Shown: positions 52,530 through 64,000, counted from the first letter of the stretch. The stretch: 64,000 nucleotides of DNA from an uncultured Gemmatimonadales bacterium (GCA_963798085.1 CAWCRS010000007.1:32001-96000); one strand, 5' to 3'. Numbers and translations: made by a program. The notes: generated from the sequence alone by a model not told the origin.

Positions 52530-52610
52530 GCCTGAAACATGGTCAAGCTCCGGGCCGGTGGCAACGCGCTGGCGAGGGCCAAGGCAACCCACAGGAAACG
52601 GCGGGAAGAC

Positions 52611-53105
52611 ATGAGTGCGACTGCGGCGACAATTGCGGAGAACAGCGTGCTGGCGCGCATTCTCGATGAAGGCTGGGGACCGGGCGCGTGGCACGGGCCC
52701 GACCTCAAGGCGGCGCTGGCGGATGTGTCGGACGGCGCTGCCTTCTGGCGACCGGGCGAAGGCCGGCATAACATAGCGGAAATCGTGCTGCATCACGCGT
52801 ACTGCGTGCGCAATGTGCGCGCGCAGCTCGCGGGGGTGAAGGCCGAGCCGTTCGTGCTCGAAGGTGATGACTGGTTCGAGCTGGATGCGCGCGGCAGACT
52901 CCCGTGGCCAGCAGTGCGCCGGACGCTGGAAGACGAGCTGAAGAGGCTGACGGATGTCGTCGCCCACAATCTCAACGGTGGTAATGCGACGACGCCGCTT
53001 TCGGATCGTGAGCGCTTCAACCTGGTGCTGGGTATCACGTGTCACGCGGTGTATCACGCGGGGCAGGTGCAACTGATCAAGCGACTGCAGCAAGGCGAGG
53101 CATGA
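52611..53105 (+). CDS. DinB superfamily protein
   Basis: AWHGP, HNIAEIVLH, HAVYHAGQV His triad. Confidence 0.85.
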   Translation: MSATAATIAENSVLARILDEGWGPGAWHGPDLKAALADVSDGAAFWRPGEGRHNIAEIVLHHAYCVRNVRAQLAGVKAEPFVLEGDDWFELDARGRLPWPAVRRTLEDELKRLTDVVAHNLNGGNATTPLSDRERFNLVLGITCHAVYHAGQVQLIKRLQQGEA

Positions 53106-53638
53106 GAGCGGAGGCTTACACGCTGTTCGACACCGCGATCGGCGCGTGCGGGCTCGCGTGGAACGAGCGCGCCATCGCGGGCGCGCAGCTGCCGGAGGCG
53201 GGCGAAGCGGCCACGCGCGCCCGTCTCCAGCGGCGCTACCCGGGGTCAGCGGAAACGCCGGCGGCCCGCGCACCAGCCGCAGTACAGCAGGCCATCGCGG
53301 ATATCCAGGCGCTGCTGCAGGGCGAAGCGCGCGACCTGTCGCATGTGCAGCTGGACATGGAGGGTGTGCCCGAGTTCCACTGCCGCGTCTTCGAAGTCGC
53401 GCGGCGCATACCGCCGGGTGCAACGTGCAGTTATGGCGACGTTGCGGTGCGGCTGGGCGAACGCGGCGCGGCGCGGGCGGTGGGTCAGGCGCTGGGGCGC
53501 AATCCGTTCCCCATTATCGTGCCCTGCCATCGTGTGCTCGCCGCAGGCGGCAGAGTGGGCGGCTTCTCCGCCCGCGGCGGTACTGCGACCAAGCTGAGGC
53601 TGCTGCAGATCGAGGGCGCCCAGCTGTTCGCTGTCTAG
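53102..53638 (+). CDS. ogt: Methylated-DNA--protein-cysteine methyltransferase
   Basis: ARAVGQALGRNP and VPCHRV active site; ATGA overlap with DinB gene. Confidence 0.95.
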   Translation: MRAEAYTLFDTAIGACGLAWNERAIAGAQLPEAGEAATRARLQRRYPGSAETPAARAPAAVQQAIADIQALLQGEARDLSHVQLDMEGVPEFHCRVFEVARRIPPGATCSYGDVAVRLGERGAARAVGQALGRNPFPIIVPCHRVLAAGGRVGGFSARGGTATKLRLLQIEGAQLFAV

Positions 53639-53944
53639 CCCCAGCTCGCCGTGTTGACAGCTTGTTAGTCCCAGCCCAAGCCCCAGCCGAGGCCCGGGCT
53701 ACGCGTCGTTTATCGAGTCTTTCCGGCGATCGTGCAGCATCCCAGTCGCGCCGTTCCGTATGAAAGCTCGCCTGTCGGTCATTCTGTCCTCGCCGCGTGA
53801 CTGGAGCTGTCGCATGTCCTCCGGTGCCAGACAGGATGATGGCCGTCGCGGAAGTCTGCCATGGTGCGCTGCAGCCGGGGCGATGCGACGGGACTGGCGG
53901 GACACGGCCCTGTTATACGTGGTGTACGAGCGAGACGGATCTTC

Positions 53945-55300
53945 ATGACGACGAAGCGGTCGGGCGGCATCGTCGCCTGCACTCTGCTCTTGCTGCTGCC
54001 GGCGCTGGTGCGGGCACAGATGCAGGAAGGCATGGGCATGCCCGGCGCGCTGCGGCCCATGGCGTCAGGCACGAGCTGGGCGCCCCGGTCCTCGCCCATG
54101 GGCGGCCTGCATTTCGCGGCAGGCGCGTGGTCGCTGATGCTGCATGGTTTTGCGAACGCGGATTACACATCCGAGTCAGGGCCGCGCGGCGACCGCAAGC
54201 TGTTCAGCACGAACATGCTGATGCTGAGTGCGATGCGCGCGGCGGGGCCGGGCACGCTGCAGCTGCGCGCCATGATGAGCGCAGAGCCGGCCATGGGGCC
54301 GCGTGGATATCCGCTGCTGCTGCAGACGGGCGAGAGTGCAGACGGTCTCTATCCGCTGGTGGACCGGCAGCATCCGCACGACGCGTTCATGGAGCTTTCC
54401 GCCACGTGGGCCGTGCTGTTGCCGCAGGAAGTCGAGGCGTACGTGTATGTCGCGCCGGTGGGAGAGCCGGCGCTCGGTCCCACGGCGTTCATGCACCGCG
54501 AATCCGGTCGCGACATCCCCGTGGCGCCCATCAGTCACCATTACATGGATGCGACGCACATCACGTACGGTGTGATCACGGCGGGCATCGTGAGCCGCAG
54601 CAGAGTGAAGCTGGAGGCGTCTCTGTTCAACGGTCTGGAGCCGGACCAGCATCACTGGGGTCTGGAAACACCGCGTTTGAATTCGTGGGCGCTGCGCCTG
54701 GGTGTGGATGCTTCGCCCAACCTGACGCTGCAGGGCAGCGCAGCGAAACTGAAGTCGCCGGAGCGCATGCACCCGGGCATTGACCAGGTGAAGCTGACCC
54801 TGTCCGCGACGTGGAACCGGCCGCTGCGCGATGGCAACTGGCAGAGCACGCTGGTCTACGGCCGCAATCGCAGTGAGCGGACACTGATTCCGGTGCCGGT
54901 GGCGCGGGCGACGTTCCCGGCGCCCATCCTGGCGCACTATCTCGCGCTGGCAAGTTTCACGGGGCTGCCCGAGGACTCGCTGACACTCGTGTTCCCCGGC
55001 CGCATCCAGTCCGCGTACCTGCTGGAGTCGTCGCTGCGCCAGGGTGCGACAACGATGTTCCTGCGCATTGAGCGCGCGCTGAAGGACGAGATGTTTCCAC
55101 CCACCGACCTGCGGCACAGCACGATCTATCCGGTTGGCGCCATCGTTGCGGGCGGCATCCGGGATGTACTGCGCGGCCGCCGGCTGCGTTTCGGTGTGGG
55201 CGTGATCGGCAGTGTGGACATCCTGCCCGCGACGTTGCGCGCGGTCTATCACGGCAATCCCACCTCCGGCCAGATCTTCACGCGCATCGCCCTGTACTGA
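53945..55300 (+). CDS. Met/His-rich putative outer-membrane protein
   Basis: Signal peptide, ASGTSW.P...PM, LLQTGE...LVDRQHPHD.FMEL, ALGPTAFMHR, HHYMDATHI; beta-strand C-terminus. Confidence 0.7.
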   Translation: MTTKRSGGIVACTLLLLLPALVRAQMQEGMGMPGALRPMASGTSWAPRSSPMGGLHFAAGAWSLMLHGFANADYTSESGPRGDRKLFSTNMLMLSAMRAAGPGTLQLRAMMSAEPAMGPRGYPLLLQTGESADGLYPLVDRQHPHDAFMELSATWAVLLPQEVEAYVYVAPVGEPALGPTAFMHRESGRDIPVAPISHHYMDATHITYGVITAGIVSRSRVKLEASLFNGLEPDQHHWGLETPRLNSWALRLGVDASPNLTLQGSAAKLKSPERMHPGIDQVKLTLSATWNRPLRDGNWQSTLVYGRNRSERTLIPVPVARATFPAPILAHYLALASFTGLPEDSLTLVFPGRIQSAYLLESSLRQGATTMFLRIERALKDEMFPPTDLRHSTIYPVGAIVAGGIRDVLRGRRLRFGVGVIGSVDILPATLRAVYHGNPTSGQIFTRIALY

Positions 55301-55418
55301 GGCGACGAGGTCCTCCGCCGCCGGGCGAAGGGCGTTGCCGCGAACGGTCGTCGCGGGGTGCAACCGGCGGCCGGCCTCGCGAGTCCAAGGGGTCGGCACC
55401 ACATCTCCGAGGAGGCGC

Positions 55419-56640
55419 ATGCCCGCCCGTCTATCGCCGGTGGCCGTCATCACTGGTGAGTCTCTGCGTCGTCAATGCAGCGGCGCGCCGGCGTGATCGC
55501 GCGCAGGATCAACCGCTGAACATGGCTGTCAGCGACAGCTTCCGCGTGGGCGGCGCGGACGCACCTGACTGGGCCGTCTTCCTGGACGTGCGTAATGCGG
55601 TGTTTGGACCGGCCGGTGCGCTGTGGCTGGCGGACACGCGCGGGGCCCGCCTGCTGCGCGTGGACCCGGGCGGGCGCAGTGGTCACCAGGTCGGGCGGAA
55701 GGGGGGTGGCCCCGGCGAATACCAGGCGCCCCTGCTGCTGGCCGTCACGGGCGAAGGCCGCGTGCTGTTGAGCGATGTGGTGGGTCGCAGCCTGCAATTC
55801 TTCGCAGCCGATGGCCGGTTCGAGCGTTCCGTGAGCGGCGCGGGTCGCATGGGAACGCCTGCAGCGCTGGCGTGGCTCCGCGGCGACCTGTTCTTCAGCT
55901 ACCCGCAAGTCTACCGCCTGAACAACGAGGCGGTCATCAGCACGGCGGATGGCATGCAGCCCGTGCACGAGATCCCGCTGCTGCGCATCGCCATGGACAG
56001 TGCGGGCATCGGTGTGACGCGCATAGGTACGGCGCGTTTCGATGCGGCGCCGCGCCCGGCCGGCATGGATCCATTCACACCGCACGCATTCGGTACGCGC
56101 CTGCTATGGTCGGTGGCTGGAGACCGCATTGCGATCGTGGACGGCGAAGCGTACGAGGTGCGCGTGCTGGACGAGAGCGGTCACGCCTTGCAACGGCTGA
56201 CGCGGCCGCTGGAGCCGCGCAAACCGACGCGCGCGGACGTGGAGGCGGCGCGCGCCGAGGCGAGGGCCCGGCTGATGACACCGGATGGCAAGCCGCGCAT
56301 TGCGGGCGCCTCGAGCAACGGCAACGCCGCGCGGGTGCAGGAGACGCGGCAGCGCATTGAGCGCGCGCTGTCCGCAATGACCGTGTCGGATCGCATTCCG
56401 GTGCTGCAGGCGATTCGCTTCGATGGCGAAGGCCGGCTGTGGGTGGCGCGCACGGGCCGTGTGTGGGGCGAGCCGGGTCCGGTCGACGTGTTCGGTGCGG
56501 ACGGGCGGTACCTCGGTACCATTGCGCGGAAGCTGGAGCGGCTGCCGGACGCGTTCGGCCCGGGAGGACTGGCGGCGTGGATCGAGAAGGACGATCAGGA
56601 TGTGCAGTACGTGCAGGTGCGGCGCATCACACTGCATTGA
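55419..56640 (+). CDS. 6-bladed beta-propeller (NHL-like) secreted protein; probable frame break near start
   Basis: GAGGAGG RBS + ATG 55419; main ORF 55456-56640 with GRKGGGPGEY, DGEGRLWV, DVFGADGRYLG. Confidence 0.75.
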
Positions 56641-56652
56641 AGGCGACGACGC

Positions 56653-57129
56653 TCAGTCGGGTGCCGGCGTTTCGATCGCGATGCTCTTGATGGTGACCGG
56701 CTCCATGGGCCGGTCCCACGCGTTGGTCTTCACCTTGCCGATTCTGTGCACGACATCCATGCCGCTGACGACGCGTCCGAAAATGGTGTGTTTGCCATCC
56801 AGCCAGGGCGCGTCACCGAGCGTGATGAAGAATTGCGAGCCGCCCGTGTCCGGCCCGGCGTTGGCCATGGACAGCATGCCTTCGCCCTTGTGTCTGAGTC
56901 CGGGGTGCAGCTCATCACGGATGGTGTAACCGGGTCCGCCCGTCCCCGTACCGGTGGGATCGCCGCCCTGGATCATGAAGCCGGCGATCACGCGGTGGAA
57001 AATGACACCGTTGTAGAAGTCCTTCTCGGCGAGGTCGATGAAGTTCTTCGTGGTGCGCGGCGCGCGGTCCTCGAAGAGCTCGATGCGGAACTCACCATGA
57101 TTGGTCACGAAGCGCGCGAATCGATTCAT
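56653..57129 (-). CDS. ppiA: Cyclophilin-type peptidyl-prolyl isomerase
   Basis: [42 protein letters not shown]. Confidence 0.96.
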   Translation of the reverse strand: MNRFARFVTNHGEFRIELFEDRAPRTTKNFIDLAEKDFYNGVIFHRVIAGFMIQGGDPTGTGTGGPGYTIRDELHPGLRHKGEGMLSMANAGPDTGGSQFFITLGDAPWLDGKHTIFGRVVSGMDVVHRIGKVKTNAWDRPMEPVTIKSIAIETPAPD

Positions 57130-57193
57130 CTACTCCGCTCCTCCCCCTCGACCCTGTAGCCGGCGCGGGTGCCGCGGCGCGACAGCAAACGCA

Positions 57194-60100
57194 TTAGTGG
57201 ATCCCCGCGCGCGTGTCGGGTTCGGCCTCGACGCGCAGTGTGCGGGGCAGGTCACGCGTGCGCGGCCACACTTCCCTGAGCGTTTCACCCTCATACAGGC
57301 GGCCATTCTTCATGACGTAGCGGATGCTGTTGCTGTTATGGATGTCGAGGAGCGGATCGCGATCGAGCACGACCAGGTCCGCCAGCTTGCCCGGCTCGAT
57401 CGAGCCGATGTCCTGCGCGAGCCCGATACCCTCGGCGCCAAACAGGGTTGCAGCGCGCAATGCATGTCGTGGGTGGAGAGCCCGTTCGACTGCATCATCC
57501 ACAGTTCCCAGTGGTAACCCAGTCCCTGCAGCTGGCCGTGGCTGCCCACGCCCATCAGGCCGCCCGCCTTCACCACATCACCGACGAACTCGGCGTGCGG
57601 TATGAAGACGTACTCGTCCTGCGCATGAACCAGCCGCCCGGTCCCGGGATTGCCGCCGCGCCGCGGCGGGTGCGGGCATTGACCTCATCGTGCGGCATGA
57701 AGTGCCGCAGCTTGGCGTCATCGTGCACATTGGTGTTTGTGTACCAGTAGTTCTCGGAGAAGGGGCCGCCGTAGGAGACGATCAGGGTGGGCGTGTTGAG
57801 CACACCCGACTGGGCGTACAGCTTCACCACGTCCTCGTAGACGGGGAAGATCGGGAAGCGTGTGCTCGATGCCGGGATAACCGTCCATGACGTGTGTGAG
57901 GTCGAGCTTGAAGTCGAGGCCGCCCTCCGTGGTAGGCTTCAGTCCCAGCTCCTTCGCCGCCATGATGACCCACTGGCGCTGCTGGCGGTTACCCGTCATG
58001 TACATCTTGAGGGTCTTGGTGTCGTAGTACTCGCTGTAGCGCTTGAGCACGTTGCGCGCCTGGTCCAGATCCTTGATGTGCTCGCCGTCGAAGACGCCGG
58101 GACCGGTCGAGTAGATGCGCGGGCCCACAATGTCGCCGCTTTCGACGCGATCCTCGTAGGTCAGCACATCGGTGGTACCGGTCTGCGGGTCGCGCGTCGT
58201 GGTGACGCCGTAAGCCAGTGTTATGGGATATTGCCAGACGGTGTTGTGGATTTCGCTGACCAGCGACTGCGGGTGGTAGTGGGTATCCACGAAGCCGGGC
58301 ACGATGAACTTGCCGGTCATGTCGATGACCCGCGCGCCCGCCGGGATCTGCACCTGACCGCGCGCGCCCACCGCCGCGATGCGATTGTTGCGGATCACGA
58401 TGTCGGCGTTCTGGATGATCTCATCGCCCTTCATGGTGACGACGCGGGCGCCGCGCAGCACGGCCACGCCCTGCGGGATGTCGCGCTGCACCTGGATCAG
58501 GATGCGCCGCTCAGCGGGCCTGTAGGCGGCCTTCTGCCCGCCCTGTGCGCCCGCACTGTCCGGGCGAGGCGCGCCAGTGCGAGCTTTCGCGACGCTGTCA
58601 TCGAAGGCGCGCGCACGCTGCAGATCGTAGACGACGTGCGCATTGCCAATGGACCAGTGCACGCTGCGGCCGTCGCCGCTCCACGCGGGGAACTGGCCGC
58701 CCACATCGGTGAGGCGGCGCACGGGCATGGCGGCGCCCTGCGGATTGGCGACGGAGATGGACGGTGTCGTGCCACCGACCAGAGGCACGGTGACGACGTA
58801 GAGGTCATTGCCCACGAGCGCGAGCGCCTGGTCGCCCATGGGCGCCATGATCACGAGACTCGCGGGCGGCGGCGGGCCCTGCGCGCCGGCGGATGGCGTG
58901 CCGGTCACCTTGACGTGCTCGCGCTCATCCGTGCCGTCCCAGCGGAACGACACCAGGCCGCGCGCGAAGCTGTACGCGTAAATGCGGTCGGGGTCCTGCG
59001 TGAAGTGCGGGTGCGAGCGACCCGACGAGGGCGCGATCATCGTGACCTCGCCACCGCTGGCGGGCACCCAGACCAGCTGCGAGGGGCCGCCGCCATTTTC
59101 CTGCATGTCGCGATCCGTGATGCGCAGCGCGACAATGCGATTGCCATCCGGCGACCATGCGGGCTGACGGTAGTTCGCGGCGACGCTGGTGAGACGCTGC
59201 GGTGCGCCGCGGCCATCGGCATTCGCGCGCCAGATGCTGCCGCCCGCGGTGTCGGCCCAGGATACCCAGGCGAGCGCGCTGCCATCAGGCGACCAGACGG
59301 GCTCGAACTCGCCCACGTCCGCGCTCGTCACGCGACGCGGCGCGCCGTCGGGCCAGTCCATGACGTACAGGTGATCGAGCGAGGTGAAGGCGAGGCGCCT
59401 GCCATCCGGCGAGGGCACCGCGTCGCGGATCTGGTGCGCGGCGAACGTGGGCTTGTCATCCACGCGATACGTGAAATCGAGCTTCGGCCCGATGGGCACG
59501 GACACGTCGGCGGTGAAGGGGATCTTCGACTGGTTGCTGCCATCGACGGGCACGCGCCAGATCTCGCCACCGAAGGACATGATAATGGCGCGTGAGTCAG
59601 GCGTGAACGAGTAACCGGGCAGCACGTCGACGGGCGAACGCGACTCCTGATCGTCGCGCTGCACGGGAAAGGCGAGCCAGCGCTCGTCGCCAGTGGCGAG
59701 ATCGCGGATGCGCAGGCCGGTCGCCGTGTCGTGGCGGGTGCCATAGACCAGCCACTTGCCATCGGGCGACAGCGCGGGACGGAATGCGGAGCCGTAACGC
59801 GATGTCATCTCGCGAGGCCTGCCCCGTGCGCCGGTCGAACACGGCGAGCTGGTACTGCGGGAAGATCGCATTGTACTGCCAGTCCCCGGTGCGCTGCGCG
59901 TACCAGAGATAGCGCTCGTCCGGTGCCGAACGCGGCACCCAGCGTCTTGAGCCTGCGCCGGTTCCTTGATCACCTCGATCCCGGTGCCGCCCTCGACGTT
60001 GTACATCCAGAGCTTGGCGGCGCCGCCCAGCGGTCCGAGCGCGCGCGAGGCAAAGATGTACTTGCCGTCCGGCGACCACTCCGGCGAGGTGAAGATGTAG

Positions 60101-60501
60101 TCGTTGCCCTTCGAGATCTGCGCCGTGTCGCGACCGTCGGCACTGATGGTCCAGACGTTGTCGCCGCCACTGCGATCGGAGACAAACGCGATCTTGCGGC
60201 CGTCGGGACTGAAGCGCGGCTGGCCATCGAACGCGAGGCCGCTGGTGAGCCGGGTCGCGCGGCCGCCGGCAATGGGCAGCGTGTAGAGGTCGCCCAGCAG
60301 ATCGAAAACCAGGCGCTGGCCATCCGGGCTCACGTCCACACTGATCCAGGTACCGCGCGTGGTGGTGAAATCCACGGAGCGCGGGGTCTGGAGCGGCAGA
60401 TCGCGTCGGCGGCTCGAGTCCTGGGGCGCCTGCGCACGCGCCGCCGAGGCGGACAGCGCCGCGGCGAGCACGAGCAGGGGCAAACGGCGGGTACAGAACA
60501 T
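57194..60501 (-). CDS. TolB-like (PD40) propeller + amidohydrolase fusion, secreted (several frame breaks)
   Basis: Repeated SPDG/WSPDG motifs; PGFVDTHYH, YGVTTTRDP, GSHGQLQGLG, GSIEPGKLADLVVL. Confidence 0.88.
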
Positions 60502-60680
60502 GGGTGCGACCCCTCCATTGAGAGTCCCTGGCAATCCGGGCAAGTTGCAGCGAGGGCGGGGCCTGCGCAATCGGTGCGCGGAGTTTCGCGGTTGTGATGA
60601 AGGCGACGAGGGGTGTACGTTGCTTCGTCGCTTGCAGTCCGTTACGCCGCATGATCCACCACGAAATCGGACCAGCCGCC

Positions 60681-61325
60681 ATGTCCATCCCGTCCAGCGA
60701 ACGCAGTGTCCAGCCGCTCCGGGAATCGACGGCGCAGGGCCCGGCGCAGGAGCGACCGGGCGAGCAGACCATCCCGGTGACCGTGAGTTATCTCGAGATC
60801 CGCTCGCTCGCGGCACTGCGGCCGCGACGCGTGGACCGTGCCGACGTTGCGCTGCAGCGCATTGTCGAGCCATGGCCCGAGCTGAGCCGCTTCCTCTACA
60901 CCGCCGTGGGCGCTGATCACTACTGGATCGACCGGCTGCCGTGGACCCGCGCGCAATGGCAGGCGTACCTCAGCCGGCCGCAGCTCGAAGTATGGGTACT
61001 GACGGCGGGCGGACTGCCGGCCGGCTATTTCGAGCTGGAAGTGCGCGACCGGGAGATCGAGATCGCGTACTTCGGCCTCATCGCGCGTTTCGTCGGCCAG
61101 GGTCTGGGCGGCCACCTGCTCACCGCCGCCATCGAGCGCGGCTTCGCGCTGGGCGCGGAGCGCGTGTGGCTGCACACGTGCACACTCGATCACCCATTGG
61201 CATTGCCCAACTACCAGGCCCGCGGCATGCGCATTTTCCGCGTCGAGACCACTCCCAAGACGCTGCCCATTCGGCCGCCTACTGTCTTCACCGCAGCGGA
61301 CGCGGAGGGCGGGGAGGCCGGATAG
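60681..61325 (+). CDS. GNAT family N-acetyltransferase
   Basis: IAYFGLIARFVGQGLGGHLL, VWLHTCTLDHPLALPNYQARG. Confidence 0.9.
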   Translation: MSIPSSERSVQPLRESTAQGPAQERPGEQTIPVTVSYLEIRSLAALRPRRVDRADVALQRIVEPWPELSRFLYTAVGADHYWIDRLPWTRAQWQAYLSRPQLEVWVLTAGGLPAGYFELEVRDREIEIAYFGLIARFVGQGLGGHLLTAAIERGFALGAERVWLHTCTLDHPLALPNYQARGMRIFRVETTPKTLPIRPPTVFTAADAEGGEAG

Positions 61326-61689
61326 ACGGATTTGTTGTTCTCAGGGTGCGCGGCGCGCTGCCATCGCGCAGCGACACGGATACGGACTGCCATCCGGGTG
61401 ACGGCAGGCGAGGATGGCAAATTCGCGTACAGTGGGCGACCGACCGGGCGTTCTTGCTGAGGGTCTTGGTGGGGTGCAGGGTCTGATCTGCGGCGAGGAG
61501 GGATTCGCGGCCGTCGTGCCTGGGTGATGTTGGCTGCGGGGCGCAGTCTAACAGATTGTTTGAAGTGCCGTGGGCCCGAGGCATCCAGCCGGTGGAGATC
61601 GTGATCAGCGACCGTCCGCGGTGCGTTGTCGGGAATCCGTTCAAACAGGAAAGGGAAGGCCGGCCCGGCCGGAGAGCTTCCGACGAGCA

Positions 61690-63736
61690 ATGAGAGTCAA
61701 TGCGATGAATCCGTTGATCTTTTTCTGTGCCCTCTGCGCTCTCCGCGGTGGAGAGTTGTTGGGGAAGAGTGCGGTGGAGGCGATTGCGAGCGAGGTTTCG
61801 GGGGCGGTGGCGAAGCGCAATCTGGAGTTCATAGCGCGCAACCATCGCATGCGTGGCTCGCGCGGGTTCCGGGCGGCGGCGGATTTCATTGCGGGTGAGC
61901 TGCGGGTGTACGGGCTGGCGGAGGTCACGGTCAACGAGATTCCGGCGGATGGGCACACGTTCTATGGCACGCAGAAGGCGAGGCCGGCGTGGGACCCGGA
62001 ATTCGCGGAGCTGTGGGAGCTGCGCGAGGCGAGGGCGGGTGGCAGTGTCGGGGGTGGGTGGCAGCCGGCTGTTCGCATTGCCAGCTTCGATGACATGCCG
62101 GTGGCGCTGGCGCAGGACAGTGACAGTGCGGATGCGACGGCGGACCTGGTCGATGTGGGCGCGGGCACGAGTGAAAGCGATTACGCGGGCCGGGATGTGC
62201 GCGGGCGCATCGTGCTGGCGTCGTCCCAGCCTGGGCCGGTGGCGGCGCTGGCGGTGCAGCGCTTCGGTGCCGTGGGAATCGTGAGTTATGCGCAGAACCA
62301 GCGCACCGCGTGGTGGGCGGAAGATGAGAACCTTGTGCGCTGGGGGCATCTGGACAGCTTTGCGCCCTTCCACACGTTCGCGTTCATGGTCTCGCTCAAG
62401 CAGGCCAGAGCGCTGCAGCAGCGGCTGGCGGCGGGAGAGCGCATCCGGCTGCATGCGATCGTGCGCGCGTCGAGGCATCCGGGAACGTACGACGTGGTGA
62501 CAGCGGCGATACCGGGCGCGGATCCGGTGCTGCGCAACGAGGAGATCGTCTACAGCTGCCATCTCGATCACCAGCGCCCGGCGCGAACGACAATGCCAGC
62601 GGCTGCGCCACGATTCTCGAAGTCGGCCCGCACGCTGTCGAAGGCGATCCGTGAGGGCAGACTGACCAGCGCCGGCGACGCACACTTCGCTTCGTGTGGC
62701 CGGCGGAGGTGGAAGGCACGCTGGCGCTGTTCCACGCGCGGCCCGAGCTGGAGGCAGCGTTTTCGCGCGGTCATCCACATGGACATGGTGGGTGGCGGGC
62801 CGGTCACGAAGGCGATCTTCCATGTGACGCGCGGGCCGCTCAGCCTGCCCTCGTTCGTGAACGATGTGGGCCAGACATTCGGGCGTTTCGTGAACGAGCA
62901 GTCGGCGGCGTATGCGAGCGGCCAGCGATGCCGCGTGGCCGCTCGTCTCGCCGGAGGGCGGCAAGGAGGCACTGCTCGCGGACATGGCGGACTTCACCAT
63001 GGGCAGCGATCACGAGGTCTACACGGAAGGCTCGTTCCGCATTCCGGCCATCTACCTGAACGACTGGCCCGACCGCTACATCCACACCAACTTCGACACG
63101 CCTGCCAACATTGATGCGACCAGGCTCCAGCGGGCGGCTTTCATTGGCGCGGCGAGCGGCTGGTATCTGGCCAACCTGCGCAGCGAAGGTGTGCCCGCGC
63201 TGTGGGAGGCGATGAAGGCGGCCATGCTGCGGCGCATGGCCACGATGCTGGAGCGGCGCGCGCAGCTGCCCGCCGGCGAGCAGGTGGCGCTGACGCGGGT
63301 GACGCTGAACACGGAGCGCCAGGCCTTCGAGTCGCTGTCCACGTTCGCCGCGATTCCCGAAACCGTGCGCGCCGATGCCACGTCCTTCTTCCCGCGCCTG
63401 GACGCGATTGCCGGCGGGCTGCCGGGCCCGCCCAAGCTGGGCGGCGATGCAGCACTCGTCTTCCGGCGGAACAGCCAGGTCAGCGGGCCCATGTCCGTGT
63501 TCGGCTACGACTGGTTCGCGGATCACTACCACGGTGTTACACCGGAACTGCTGTCCTACACGGGCGAGCGCGGTGCCGGCAGCGAATACGCGTACGAGGT
63601 GCTGAGTCTGGTGAACGGCCGGCGCACGGCGAGCGAGATCCGCGATGTCGTCGCGACCGAGTACGGGCCCGTGCCCTTCGACATGGTTCTCGAATACCTG
63701 CGCGCGCTGGAGACAACGGGCGCCATCCAGCGCTGA
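61690..63736 (+). CDS. M28 family aminopeptidase-like protein with PA domain (several frame breaks)
   Basis: CHLDH, ANDNASGC (shifted frame near 62583), WPAEVEGT, HMDMVG, GSDHEVY, HTNFD. Confidence 0.85.
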
Positions 63737-63746
63737 GGGAGAGGAC

Positions 63747-64000
63747 GTGAAGGTATCGACGGTCGCATTGTTCGCCGTGGGCGTGCAGATGCTGCGCACG
63801 CATCCGCTGCGCACGGTGCTCTCCACGCTGGGCATCATCATCGGCGTGGCGGCGCTGGTGGCGGTGCTGGCGCTGGGCGATGGGCTGGAGCGCTACTCGC
63901 GCAACGAGATCGAGTCCACGACGGACCTGCAGACCATCATGATCCAGCCGCGCGCCTTCGACGTGGTCGAAGGCGTGATCGTGCGCCGCGATTCCGTGCG
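63747..64000 (+). CDS. MacB/FtsX-type ABC transporter permease (3' truncated by window edge)
   Basis: GAGGA RBS + GTG; HPLRTVLSTLGIIIGVAALVAVLALGDG. Confidence 0.85.
   Translation, partial: MKVSTVALFAVGVQMLRTHPLRTVLSTLGIIIGVAALVAVLALGDGLERYSRNEIESTTDLQTIMIQPRAFDVVEGVIVRRDSV

Noticed and set aside
61549..61565. TAACAGATTGT also present at about 25200, as an IS end remnant
   Set aside because: An 11-bp match only, with no partner end or transposase fragment

Overview
GC-rich bacterial chromosomal window. Gene content suggests Gemmatimonadota (inference, from the GWxTD lipoprotein, plug-only TonB-like protein and TolB-amidohydrolase fusion). About 55 protein genes: dppD/dppF, Slt transglycosylase, a HEAT + HD-GYP pair, cspA, polA, a GMC oxidoreductase pair, mmsA + class III aminotransferase, ssb, an RpoD-like sigma, pckA, a sigma54 two-component system, chrBA, ECF42 + DGPF, AraC/DinB/ogt, cyclophilin and an M28 peptidase. 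I found no tRNA, rRNA, CRISPR array, transposase or integrase. Many genes, including polA, carry 1-nt frame breaks best explained as long-read indel errors. Best candidates for undescribed biology: (1) a minus-strand cluster at 29.4-38.0 kb (FabF-type ketosynthase, SRPBCC cyclase, FAD oxidoreductase, YceI, methyltransferase, SAH-deaminase-like enzyme, Omp85). It resembles an alkylresorcinol/alkylquinone pathway with the type III PKS replaced by KS + aromatase, and an antisense deacetylase gene interrupts it. (2) A ~150-bp terminal-inverted-repeat element present twice (24912-25061, 41882-42030), each copy trailed by degenerate tandem copies of its right end; one copy lies just behind a perfect sigma54 promoter. 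(3) HEAT-repeat and HD-GYP proteins that share an unnamed N-terminal 'YxxGHP' domain. (4) An OmpA-like barrel with a polyQ/polyP linker and an unrecognised C-terminal domain.
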